Position numbers and translations under genes: made by a program. A stretch of 64,000 bases of DNA from Octopus sinensis (Eukaryota): assembly GCF_006345805.1 (NCBI RefSeq), contig NC_043004.1, forward strand, positions 31,868,001 through 31,932,000. The letters run 5' to 3'. The notes below the pieces were generated by a model, which did not search any database, was not told the DNA's origin, and saw only the letters and a list, made by a program, of their open reading frames with translations. Position 1 is the first letter of the stretch, and every line of letters starts with the position of its first letter. Shown here piece by piece: positions 51,834 to 64,000 of this stretch.

Positions 51834-52958
51834 CCATAATCTATGCATAGCTAGGTGTACAAATTCTTGTGGGTAGACACTATGCCATATAGAATGGGTA
51901 AAATACCAGTGTACATAATTTTATACACTGTGGAGTATAGATCTAAATTGTGTTTATAATTAAACCAGACTAAGCCAGCAAGTGGATAGTATCATTCATG
52001 GCATTTCTTTCAACTCTTTATTTGCTGAATTCAAATCCCCTTTTCTGAGTTCAAATCTATAAAATAAAGTAATAGTCAAATACTGGGCTTAATGTGATTA
52101 ACTTCACTACTTCAAATGGGTGGCTTTGTACCCAAATTAGAATTATTAAACCAGACATATCCTGGGTTTACTTTGTTCTAGCATAATCACAAATATTCCA
52201 GTATTGACCATGCCATCTTTTTTGTGGGGATGGAGAGATTTTAGATAATGTACCCTACATTATTCAGTGTCCTCCTTTTTTTTTAAAAAAAAAGATGGTT
52301 ATATGATTTAAAGGAGATTTCTAGCAGATCAATTGACCTCAGAGAATAATAGTGTTGGTGTAGGTCTACAAAGACTTATGTACAGTAGAAGTGGTAGTAA
52401 GTGTATATATGAAGACTATCACATATATAGTAGAGACAGTAAGTAGATTATTGGCAGTGTTGATTTGATACCAAAAGGACATGTCTTGTCTGGGAATTTT
52501 TAAAACCCTTCCATCAGCAAATATTCATATGGGTACCTTTGATGAGGTAATATTCAGATACATTTGAAAAATATAAAAAAATTAAGTCTGTTTATTAAAA
52601 AATTATACAAACAGTAATTAATTGCATAAAGGCAAATCAATTTCAAATTTTATTTTTTTTTTTAATAATGTAGACTGTCTTAACCCTGCCACCCAAAGAG
52701 ATACTTCTGTCTAAGCCATGTCTTCTTAACATTGATTGGTTAACGCAAAGCCAGAGTCTGTCTTTAAATTCATTCCTTGCATGGGTCTCTCATAAATCAG
52801 CCAATAATAAATTAATCAGCATAAATAGAAACTCATAAATAAGGAAAAACAACAGCTTATAATATAATGATAAACAACAACATATAACAAAAAATCTCTC
52901 CGCTCTATTAAGGGATAATGTTTTTGTCGATTCTGTTACCAATTTAACTTTGTTTCAG

Positions 52959-53009
52959 AATTGTCATTCCATGACATCTCCTGTTGCCGTGACAGCTGTT
53001 TATCTGACG
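52959..53009 (+). CDS. Candidate 51-nt exon (ELSFHDISCCRDSCLSD)
   Basis: tttaactttgtttcAG acceptor and G|GTAATT donor, phase 1-1, open frame. Confidence 0.6.
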
Positions 53010-54003
53010 GTAATTATTTTCAACATAGTCTCTCTCTATCTCTTTCTCTGTTATTCTTTCTTATATACACTCACAAATGTATGTGTTTGTGTATAGCTAT
53101 ACACACACACATGTAATTATGCATAGAACACAACCAACACACATGTATAAAATAAATTGTTTATTGTAATTTGCAATAGTGTACCACATATACCAAAGTT
53201 TGGTTTGGTAGAGCTAAAAGTTAGGTGTAGAAGATGACATAGATTTGTGATGAAATATTGTACCAAATGTTTATATTTATATATATATATATATAGTTTT
53301 CTGTTTGTGCTTGGTATGTATAGGTATTGAGTAGGGCGGTGGGTCCTTTTAAATAGGTTATTTTTTTGTCTTTAGAGACTCATCTCAATCCTGAGGCTGG
53401 GTGGCTGATGTCAACAACTGGTGTGGGAGGGGGCTAAATGATCTCTGTGATGGAGGAAGCAAACTTGTTTTGTTTTGGTTTCTTTTTTCTCTTCTCCTTT
53501 ACCAAGTTGTTCCTGTTTTCACCCCATAGAAACTCACTTTTTTTTTTATAGATGTTGTTGTTGTCTGTAAATGGTGTTTATTACTTTTCTTTCTGTTGTC
53601 TGAAATAACTTTTTTAACCTGTTCCACATTCAGATCCATGTTAAACTTTTGAATAAACTCACTATGTGAGCAGTCTTGGAACCTCATTTCCATTGCTGGT
53701 TCAGTGTTGTCTGTTATGTTAATCACAGCTCAACTTAACTACACTGTTTGCATGTGTGTTTTTCCCTGCTGACATTGGTTGGACAGAACTACAGTACCAT
53801 TCACAACATTTCTTAATCTTGCCTCATTTGTTCTGTAATGTCCAAAATCCTGAGATACAGCTTCCTATGTGTTGGTTTTCTTTTGCAGTGGCTATCTTCT
53901 CATGTCAGCAGGCATCACTTTCACACACACACATAGTGTTTGTGTTAAAATAACAACTTTGTTCTACTTTTTTTCATATTTAGAAAAGTAATTTTTTTCG
54001 AGA

Positions 54004-54053
<50 letters not shown>

Positions 54054-57000
54054 CATTAATTTAATGTTCACTCATGAATTTATGATTCTCTCTCGATGTT
54101 CAACCTCAGAATGAGTGATCTTTGTTTTACTTTCATTGTTTTTATTGTTATTATCAGCAGTAGAATGATTGGTAGATTTAAAATTGCATTATCAATTTGT
54201 TGTTTTTGTGTTTTGAAGTGTATTCAGCTATTGGACTAATCACTATAACCTTTACAATAACCAATCAAAATTTTGATGGGAAAGTATAAGGCTGTTGTTT
54301 TAAGTCTGGCATTTCTTATACTGAAATTACATGATCATGAAATATAGATAAATCTCTGTTTTTAGGTCACATTTTGAAGCATTGAGTTATTTGAGAATAA
54401 ATCAATCATTTTTTTGTTGTTGCTTAAATGAAAATGGAACAAAATTCCTTTCTCACTTAAGATGATGCCTCTAAATTTCATGGCTAAAAATCAGCAAGTC
54501 TCTCTGGTATATTGCTATCATAGCCATCCAGTCTAAAGCAAACACATGATTTGATTCCCATGAGTGAATTTGTCCACTTTACTCTATATAAAGAGTTGTG
54601 CTACTTTTAATGAATCTATATGAATTAAAACCCTTTTGATACCAATCTGCCTAAGATTGCCCCTTACTCTGTAACACAAACTTCATGTTTTAAAGTGAAT
54701 TAGATTTTAAAACCTTACATCAAAATTTCATTTTAATTTATGTTCTAAAAACTAACTAAATTTGTTGTTAGTTTTAAAATAAATTTAAAACAAAAGCAGT
54801 GTATTGTAACAGAAGGGTTAAGCAACTTTGTAAAAAAAATGTTACTTATTCATAAAAATGACATGAAAAACTTCTTTTTGTGTTATGTGTATAAAAATTT
54901 GTTAAACCAAAAAAATTAAAATACTTGAAGGAATTACTTTCTCCCCATTCACTTCCACACATGCACAGAGAGCATTGTTTTAATGTCTTATTTCCAATGT
55001 TGTATCATAACTAGTTGCTTCTGTCTTCTTTGTGCTTAAATATGAAATACATTGGCAAATCATTTTCACTTGACTTAAACATAGGACTTTTTTCTTCTCT
55101 CAGAATATCACATAGTTTGGTTCTTGTTATTAGTGTTGTAATTTTGCATTGATATTGTCCAACCCATGCCAGCATGGAAACAGACATCAAAGGATGATGT
55201 TGTGTGTAAAATTTGATATAGTTTGATGTGATTTTTCTGCATGAAATTCTTTTGTTTCTGTTGAGTTTCTCATGACTGACTGACTGACTTGCTTGCTTGC
55301 TTTAGTTGGTGCTTTTTTTTTTTTTTTTCCTGTATATAAATATCTCTATAGATATATGCAAGTACACGTGTGTGCTGTGTATATGTAAAAAAGTGTGTGT
55401 ATGTACATACGTGTGTGCTTCATCCTTATTAGTAATTTTTTATTACTGGGCACAGACAAATTGACAGATCTGACTTCAGTTTAACAACTTGTCTCAGATA
55501 TAGTTTCAGACTTTCTATTGTTTGTACATGTTGGTATTTGACCTGAACTAGGTTGTGGCCACTTGGGAAGTGATATGTCTATTATTAAAGCAACGGTTTT
55601 AATAAAAATGTAGGCCATGCATCTAATTTACTGCAAAAAATGCTAAGGAATTATAATCATATTGCATATTAACAGTAGTTCAACAAAAAGTAGGTGTTTC
55701 TTCATTGTGTATTATATTTGTATGGGAGTGGAGTGGAGGATGAAGTTATTTTTATAAATCTGGTTGTATTAGAGAAATATAGCAAAAATAATTAATTAGG
55801 GGAAAATGAGAAGGAAAGAGCGAATGTGCTCTGAGTTGAATGAACCTTTTTATATCTGTAAATTTGCTTTTTTGTAATTCTTTCTTCCCTCTATGGAAGA
55901 AATCACCAACCAGACAACATTTATATTGGCATACAATATTAATGTTGTTTGGTTGGTGGGTTGATTTCTCCAGTCACTCTTTATATTGTATAGAAAGAAT
56001 GGCAGGGTTCAAAAAGAAAAAAAATGTAGTTAACATTAACGTAAGAGGTATGGGATGGGTACACATGCTAGGCTTGGTGGCAGGCAAAAAGTTAAACACT
56101 ACATAAACACAGTGAGAAAAAAAGAATCATAGCAATAGAGGATAGGGAGTAAATGACCGTAGGGGAGGAGTTATTCAAATGAGAAATTTGTTTTAAGGTA
56201 GTAAATATTCTCTTTTTTTGAAAATTAATATTCATTTCATCATCTTGTATAAATACCGAGATATTTGATAATTTAAATTAACAATTATTATATGTATGCC
56301 ATATTTCCTGATATTACCCATGATGGCAGAAGTTTATTTCCAAAGTTACTTATGTGACTGGTAACACTAGTATATAAATTTAGTGAATGATTTTGAAGAA
56401 GAAACTTCAGGACACTGGCATAAGCATAGCCAAGTGGCTAGAAAGTTCACCTCACTATCATGTGGTTTTGGTTTCAACTCCACTATGTAGCGCCATAGCA
56501 AGTGTACTTTATTGTAATCTTGGATTGACTAATTACTTTGTGAGTGAAATCTGGTACATGGAAGTCTGTGGAAACTTGCCATTTATTATCAGTCCACTGA
56601 AGATTTGGGAGAATCTCTAAACCATCAGACAGAAAGCAGTGTAGCATTTTGCACTAGTACTATGAGTTGTGCACCCTCCTCTCCCGTTCTTTTTGCACTT
56701 TTGTGAACTCCCTGCTCATGCACCCCATGCAGTCCTCTATCATTCCATTTATATTCACAGCTTTGTACCTTGAGAGTATATTTTGGTACATCACCATCTC
56801 TCTCTCATTCAGACTGGGATAACCATGTTTCTACTGCAAGACTCTTGTTTCTGTCCCTCTATCATAGTTAAACCTCTCATCACCTGGAACAAAACCACCT
56901 CTCAAAATACTTCTTCTCAGTTGAAGGATCTTTGTCTTGCAAGTTATGTGATGTTCCTCACTGGTGGTGGTACCACATAAAAAAGCACCCAGTCCATTCT

Positions 57001-58329
57001 ATAAAGTACTTGGTGTTAGGAAGGACATCCACCTGTAAAACCATGCTAAAGCAGACCTCATCAGTGCTGGTCCCATATGCCAAAGCAGACAGTAGAGCTT
57101 GGTGCAGTCTTTTGGCTTGCAGCTCCTATCAAACCATCCAACTCATGCCAGCATGGAAAACAGATGTTAGATGATGATGATGATGACACAAACAGAGAAT
57201 CCATATATCTTCTTAGTGTTGCTTTGTACTTTAAGCAGAAATTGGGAAATACACCGTAATGGCTCCAGTGTTGCTGTCAAGAGTAGTGACCCTGGCTATT
57301 ATTAGCCTTGAAGGCATATGCTGGAATAATGCCATGCAAATCGTATAATTAACAGAAAATGTGGTGTGTCTGTCCCAGATCAACAGAAGAAGCATTTGTT
57401 GATGTAGCAGAAATGTAATAGTAGTAAACATTTGTAATTCCAACAACATCCAGATGGGGTGTCTTCTGAATTCTGTTCTCGTAATTGCCCTTTGTTTACA
57501 AATAAATACAATAGAAATTCTGTTTCAGTGTGTGTGTGTGGTTATATGGATAAACATAACACTTTATTTTCATCTCTGATCTTCCTGGGAAAATTGTTTA
57601 GAATTAAGATTATCCCTGTCTTTTCATTATCTGACAAAACTCAGATGTTTTCTACTATTAAATAACAACAGAAATTAACATAAAATATTGCAATATCTTC
57701 GTTAGTCTTCAAGTTACTAGCAATTGCATCAAAATTTTAATATTTCCTCTACTTTCAGTTTCATTGATTTTTGTCTTTTGCTTCTAGCTTCTGTTTGTGG
57801 ATCAATATTTAATCATTTCTTAAATTTTTTTATTCCTTCTTGTAAATGTTTTATTGGATTTGCAGATTTTCCTTGCATCAGTTACAAGAATCCTGTCCAT
57901 AATAGCAGAGTGGGGGTTCTTGCATAGGTAGATAAAGGGATCAGTTTAGATAATGTTAACTTTGAAGATTGTGAGAGGTGATACATTGTAGGAACAGCAT
58001 TTCTAAGGAAGGATTGGTAAAGACGAAATTGTGTAGAGCTTTAGAGTTATTGGATTTACTTAAATACACTTTGGTTCATAAATGAATCTACTTCTATGCT
58101 AATACTTTCAGAACTAATGCTTATCTCTTATTTAAAACAAATGTGACAGAAATTAAATCAATTTTAGTTTCAAATTTTGGTCCATTGTCAGCAATTTCAG
58201 GGGTGGGTGTGAGTCAAGTACATTGATCCCAGTGTTAACTGGTTCTTATTCTATTCCTCCACCCCACCAAAAAAAGATAAAGGCAAAGTTGATACTGGCA
58301 AAATGAAATTAATATTAAGAAAAATTATG

Positions 58330-58740
58330 GTGGGAGGCAGATCTACCAGGCTGTTCTGAGCTCAATGTCTCAGATCATTTGTGCTTTCCCTTCTTTCTGT
58401 GTGAACAGTTCAGCCCTATAGCAAGTTCTTGACTTGTCATGGCCAAGCTAAACTGTGGATGAATTAGTTTGTCTCCATATACAGCATTCGTCAGTGATTT
58501 ATTGGTTTGCTGTTGAATTATCCCTGGTGGCAAATTCCCCCCAATAAGTTCTTGACTAAATCATTTCAGTAGGATTTCATTGATTGTACTCTTTAAAACA
58601 GCAGAATGTACTCTACCACTACCCGTGGGTGAATATGGCTTTGTGTAGTATGCACCATGCTTTCACTAAACTGTTTTAGGTTCTCCTATAACCACAAGCA
58701 GATATCTTCTCAGCACCTTTGCCAATGACTCTGTGATACA
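58330..58740 (-). mobile_element. Highly degraded RTE/BovB-like RT C-terminal remnant
   Basis: Minus-strand ttattggggggaatttgccacc.. resembles the LLYGELATG..GRP motif; many stops. Confidence 0.35.
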
Positions 58741-59152
58741 TTCAAGATGTGAAAAATGGTGAGAGAGAGTGCAGGCTGCATCAGCATCCTAGCTAGTTAC
58801 TCATTGTTGAGTAGACTAAAAGTGACATGTAATGAAGTGTCTTGCTCAAGGAGACAATAGGCTGCTTGGTCCAGAAATCAAACTCATTACCTCATGATAA
58901 AGTGAACATCCTAATGACTAGGCCACACATATTCATGAAAATAGCATAAACATTATACAATCTTACTATATTATACTCCTCTACATCTGGGACTTGCTCC
59001 TGTTTTAAGACAAGAAAAATATTTAGATATATAAGTTATGGTTTCAGACACATTTTTCTATATTAATCATGCTAACATTTGGGTATATATATGTACAAAT
59101 CTACCATTTTATTTAACTATCTTGATACAGTCATTTTTCATTATTACTGTAG

Positions 59153-59212
59153 ATTCTGATGACAACCCTCAAGAACACATCTCCATTTCTCCTTGCAATC
59201 ATTCAGTTAAAG
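59153..59212 (+). CDS. 60-nt exon (DSDDNPQEHISISPCNHSVK)
   Basis: ttactgtAG acceptor and AG|GTGAGT donor, phase 1-1. Confidence 0.75.
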
Positions 59213-59599
59213 GTGAGTTATGTTCTCAATGTGTTTGTTTTATCTCTTTGTATACCTCTGAAGTTAAGTTTTATTAGGGCATTATTGTGGTTTTGGCCAT
59301 ACATGATCACTGCCTTAAACTTTTAGTTTCAATCTGATACTTAAGTGCCATATCATACATATCTTCATCTTTTATTAAGACAATATTTCTCAGCAATTAG
59401 CCAACTCTTACCACACAATGTTTAAAGAAGTGCTTATAGTTACTGATGTATACCTTGCCTCAGTGAGTTGGCAGTTATTAATGTTTGTTCATATTTTGAT
59501 AATCAGAAATAGGTATGTATTGGTGTGTGGAGGTGGGGATACAGATAGCTACTGTGTTTTAGCTGTTGGTGGTATGTCTGTTTCAGCCTTTGTTTCAAA

Positions 59600-61625
59600 T
59601 AATCTAGTTCATGGAGTCATACCCAATGACTGGCGTAGCAGCACCATAGTCAACTGCTACAAGGGTAAGGGTGATGCTCTAGATAGAAATAACTACAGGG
59701 GTATTAAACTGTTGGATCAGGTGATGAAGGTCACAGAGAGGGTCATAACCCATCTCATTAGGGAGAGAATTTGCTTAGATGAGATGCAGTTCGGTTTTGT
59801 GCCGGGTAGAAGCGCCACTGATGCTATATTCCTGGTCCGACAACTGCAGGAGAAGTACCTAGCTAAAGATAAACCCCTCTGCATAGCTTTTGTGGACTTG
59901 GAGAAAGCCTTTGACAGGGTTCCCCGATCCCTTATCTGGTGGTCGATGCGGAAACTGGAGATTGACGAATGGCTAATAAGGGCTGTACAGGCTCTATACA
60001 GAGAGGCTGTCAGCAAGGTTAGGATTGGCAACGAATATAGTGAAGAATTCCGGGTAGAAGTAGGTGTACACCAAGGCTCAGCCCTCAGTCCCCTTTTATT
60101 CATCATAGTCCTCCAGGCAATAACAGAAGAATTCAAAACAGGTTGCCCCTGGGAGCTCCTCTATGCTGATGACCTGGCTCTCATAGCAGAATCACTACTA
60201 GAACTAGAAAAGAAATTTCGGGTGTGGAAACAAGGGTTAGAATCAAAGGGCCTTAGAGTAAATGTAGCGAAGACCAAAGTTATAGTAAGCAGAAAGGCAA
60301 ACTCAGCACACACCCCATCGGGCAAGTGGCCCTGCTCGATCTGTAGGAAAGGTGTAGGTAGAAACTCCATAGGATGCACCCAGTGTAAGCTATGGATGCA
60401 TAAGAGGTGCAGCAACATCAAAGGGAAATTAACTGATAAGATAGCTTTCATGTGCGGCAGATGCACAGGGACAATAGACACCACAAATACTCAGAAAACA
60501 GATTCCATCACACTCCAGGGGGAGAAACTAGAAGTAGCTGATAGTTTCCGCTACCTGGGTGACCAAGTTAGTAGTGGAGGTGGATGCTCAGAGAATGTCA
60601 CCACTAGATTACGAATAGCCTGGGCAAAGTTTAGAAAGCTCCTACCCCTACTGGCGACAAAGGGTCTCTCACTCAGAGTGAAAGGTAGATTGTATGATGC
60701 ATGTGTGCGAACTGCCATGCTTCATGGTAGTGAAACATGGGCCGTGACTGCAGAGGACATGCGTAGACTTGAAAGAAATGAAGCTAACATGATCCGCTGG
60801 ATGTGTAATGTCAGTGTGAATGCATGACAGAGTGTAAGCAACCTGAGAGAAATGCTAGACATAAGAAGCATCAGATGCGGTGTGCAAGAGCGACGCTTGC
60901 GATGGTATGGTCATGTACTGCGGATGGATGAGGAGAGATGTGTGAAGAAGTGCCGCTCCCAAACAGTTGAAGGAATCAGGGGGAGAGGTAGACCCAGGAA
61001 AACATGGGATGAGGTAGTCAAACATGACCTCAGAGCGTTGGGCCTCACTGAGGCAATGGCGAAGGACCGAGATCTCTGGAGATGTGCTGTGACTACAAAG
61101 ACCCGGGATGCTTCCGGCTCCAGTTCCGCATAGCCCCTGCCCATTCAAAGTACCTTGGATCCCGGAACGTCTCGCTGTGCTTGAGGAGACCTGTTGAGTC
61201 AAGTGCATGTACACGAACATCGAAACAAATATCAATGGAAATAGTAGTTGTGATACCTATGTCGGTGGCACATAAAAAGCACCATCTGAACATGGCCATT
61301 GCCAGCGCTGCCTCGACTGGCTTGTGCTGGTGGCACATAAAAAGCACCATCCAAACGTGGCCTATGCCAGCGCTGCCTTGGCTGGCTTCCGTGCCGGTGG
61401 CACGTTAAAAGCACCATCCGATCGTGGCCGATGCCAGGCACCTGTGCAGGTGGCACGTAAAAAGCACCCACTACACTCGCGGAGTGGTTGGCGTTAGGAA
61501 GGACATCCAGCTGTAGAAACACTGCCAGATCAGACTGCAGCCTGGTACAGCCCTGGCTTCCCAGACCCCGGTCAAACCGTCCAACCCGTGCTAGCACGGA
61601 AAACGGACGATGATGATGATGATGT
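59600..61625 (+). mobile_element. Young 5'-truncated RTE LINE (RT to 3' tail)
   Basis: QFGFVPGRS, FVDLEKAFDRVPR, GVHQGSALSPLLF, LYADD, FRYLG and RRLRWYGHV. One nonsense codon (TGA 60825, where a sister copy encodes Arg); (GAT)n tail at 61608-61624. Confidence 0.96.
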
Positions 61626-61959
61626 AGTTAAAATTTTAATTTCAGCTTCCCATTTACAGTCACATGACTGGAGATTAGAAGTAGTTGGTGACAGCTGACA
61701 TTGCTGACCAACAAACTAGTGGCAATATATCAAAAGAAATGATATTGTTGCTTTAAAGTTGTAAATATGTGTTGTCTCCACAAAACAATGTTTTGCATAA
61801 AAAAGTTAATTTTGGAAGTTGTTTCTATACTTTGTTTTAAGAGTAAACGTTATGGTTTATCACCATTCGCATTATTTTCATCCCTGTTGTAATTTTTGCA
61901 TGGGTTTCACTGGACTAAATGAAATAATTTCCTGTGAATATGTTTTATTTCTTTTTCAG

Positions 61960-62105
61960 ATTGCATCACTAGGGACACTGTAGGGCTTTCTGACTTGAGT
62001 GAAAAAGAGGAGAATCAGACATCAAACGAAAACGTTGAGGAACAGTTTGATGAGGAGAAAAAATCAGAACATAAGGACAGCCGAGAGTCAAGTGACGAAC
62101 TGTAG
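61960..62105 (+). CDS. Multi-Tudor protein terminal coding exon (acidic tail ..RESSDEL*)
   Basis: ttttattctttttcAG-type acceptor at 61959, phase 1 entry, 47 open codons to TAG at 62103-62105. Confidence 0.8.
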
Positions 62106-62518
62106 AATGACTAAGCAAATGATTGCAAACCACAATCTGATTGCTTGTAGATGAGTGGGTGGGTGGATGCACGCCCCTCACTGTCTATCGAGGCACAAAC
62201 CTATGGCCTTGCCAGAATGCCTTGTTCAAAGTGAATAAACCTGAGGTTTTGTTGAGATTACAGATGAAAGAGCTAATCTTTCAGACTCAGAAGATTGGAA
62301 TCACGTCTTGTCTTTCACTGATTCTTCCAATGATGTCTGCACTTAATATTTTCTTTTCTCAAATATCTTTAATTTATTTTTATTTCTTTATTTACTTAAT
62401 CTGTCCTTGCAATTTTACATGGGGTGTTTTTTTTTTTTTTTGCTAGTTTCTTTTCATATTATAATGTTTAGCGTTTAAAATTTCATGGAGGGGGAGAAAA
62501 TTTTAAATGATTGCATTA

Positions 62519-62524
62519 AATAAA
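62519..62524 (+). terminator. Polyadenylation signal of the Tudor gene
   Basis: AATAAA about 415 nt after the stop, followed by a GT/T-rich downstream element (ttgtttgttgttgtttt). Confidence 0.65.
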
Positions 62525-63379
62525 ACTTTGTTCTTAAATTGTTTGTTGTTGTTTTACTGATCTGTCTTTTATCACATCTGAGTCTGTTGTTCAGTTAATG
62601 GCAGTTTACAGTTTGGTACACTGGCTGACATTTTCTATGTGCATTTGTGAATATATAACATGTCTGTGTTGTGTCCAATGGACATTACACAACACTTCTT
62701 TACTACTATTGCCTTCCTATTCATTAACACAGAGTGATTTCCTTTGGGTAATCTATTGAAACTAGTCCATGCATGCTTAAATAGAACACACACACACACA
62801 CACAATACATTGTGGGTTTTGGAATAGGAAAGGAATCAAGATAACAACTTTGTTATATGGTTCAGTTAGGGAGGGGTGGCAGAGATACTTGATGATTGAA
62901 TAATTCTTAGTGGACTGAATTATGTAGAGAGTGGGAGGAGGACAAATAAGCTTGAACAGTGAGGAGTGGCTGTGTTTTGTCTCTTGTGACTTGGTAACAT
63001 TTTTGGAAAAAGATGGCTGTAGTAATGGGTTTGTCAGTGCCAGGAGAATTTAAGCAGTTGACTGTAATCATTCTTTTATGTGTACCCCTCTCTCTCTCTC
63101 TCTCTCTTCATCCCACTCAAGATTATGGCTCTGAATCCTCCAAATGTTTCACTCCAGACAACACATCTATAATACTTATAGAAAATCACTGACACCTACA
63201 AATTGGATACCTTATGGCCAACACAGCAACTCTTGTAAGACTACATCATATATTTCGTATTGAACTCAGTGAACTCCCCAAACCTAATAATCCTTTCTTT
63301 TGCTGCCCACTTTGCGTTCAACTTGACATTGGTCGTATGAGGTAATTCTCCTCCCCACTCCATCAGGTCCCACTGCCAC

Positions 63380-64000
63380 ACACCTTCATGCCAAGTATGA
63401 AATCAATAAGGCCACTGACCAGGAAAATGTTCCTTTCCTTACTCAGACAATGTATACCAGAGTTAGTCTCTACACACCAATTACTTCAATATTTCTCTCT
63501 GTTTTTCTCTCCACTGATAAATCCTGATCTTTGGAAACCCACAACTATGTTGTCCCATTTCCAAGAAGAGCAATTACTCTGACCCTGCCATTAATCATAC
63601 TTCTGCACTTCTATCACCTCAAAGCTAATGGAGAAATCCATTGACAACTTATCCCAGCACCTTGAATTTCCCTCTTATGGCCACTCACCAGTGGATCCTT
63701 TGCATTAAGAAATTATCTAAAAAAAAGAGTTTTATTTTACTCAACATCTGCAAAGCAGTCAACTGTATGCGGCACACAAATCTATCAAAACTGCTACTCT
63801 TTCAGTTCCATCTGTCATCTCTTGTCTCAGTGGCTTCCTGTCAGATCTTATTGCATGTGCTACTGAAGTTCTCTTCACCCCAAGGTTAAGTTTTCTCCTC
63901 TATGCTCTTTTTCTTATATATTGATGATCTACTTGTTACCATATCCAACATGCACTCATATTCAGATGTTGCCAGCCTTCATTCCTCCCCAACCTTCTGT
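63380..64000 (+). mobile_element. Highly degraded L2/jockey-type RT remnant
   Basis: Remnant motifs PISKKSNYSDPA.., SITSKLMEK and LLNICKAVNCMRHTNLSKL (compare LDISKAFDRVWH). Confidence 0.55.

Noticed and set aside
59418-59600. N-terminal 60 aa of the 469-aa ORF
   Set aside because: Intronic flank that happens to be open upstream of the RTE 5' truncation point.

Overview
Eukaryotic, AT-rich, microsatellite-dense genomic DNA; the SINE/RTE repeat families suggest an octopus (inferred, not verified). The window is dominated by one large + strand gene encoding a multi-Tudor germ-granule/piRNA scaffold of the Drosophila Tudor / TDRD6 / TDRD15 type. I rebuilt it by hand from GT-AG sites with matching intron phases: a probable non-coding exon ending at 537, then coding exons 21162-21223, 22922-23190, 25450-29100, 29691-30819, 35307-35396, 39259-41388, 44562-44727, 48840-49049, 52959-53009, 59153-59212 and 61960-62105, with a polyA signal at 62519. 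This gives about 2,650 aa and 10 extended Tudor domains. The exon at 39259-41388 does not read through as assembled: a -1 frame change is needed near 39950, just before a 30-bp coding minisatellite that is open in both frames. The introns hold an IR/DR Tc1 (DD34E), a mariner remnant, two non-autonomous Helitrons, several MITEs (TA, TTAA and 8-bp TSD types), RTE and CR1/L2/jockey-type LINEs, and many tRNA-SINEs. A divergent gene may start at the left edge. Most short ORFs in the track are microsatellite or antisense artefacts. I found no clearly new multi-gene system; the best leads are the frame anomaly, the PHD-like finger inside the RTE reverse transcriptase, and the inverted-repeat architecture. 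Repeat boundaries are approximate unless a TSD or TIR is quoted.
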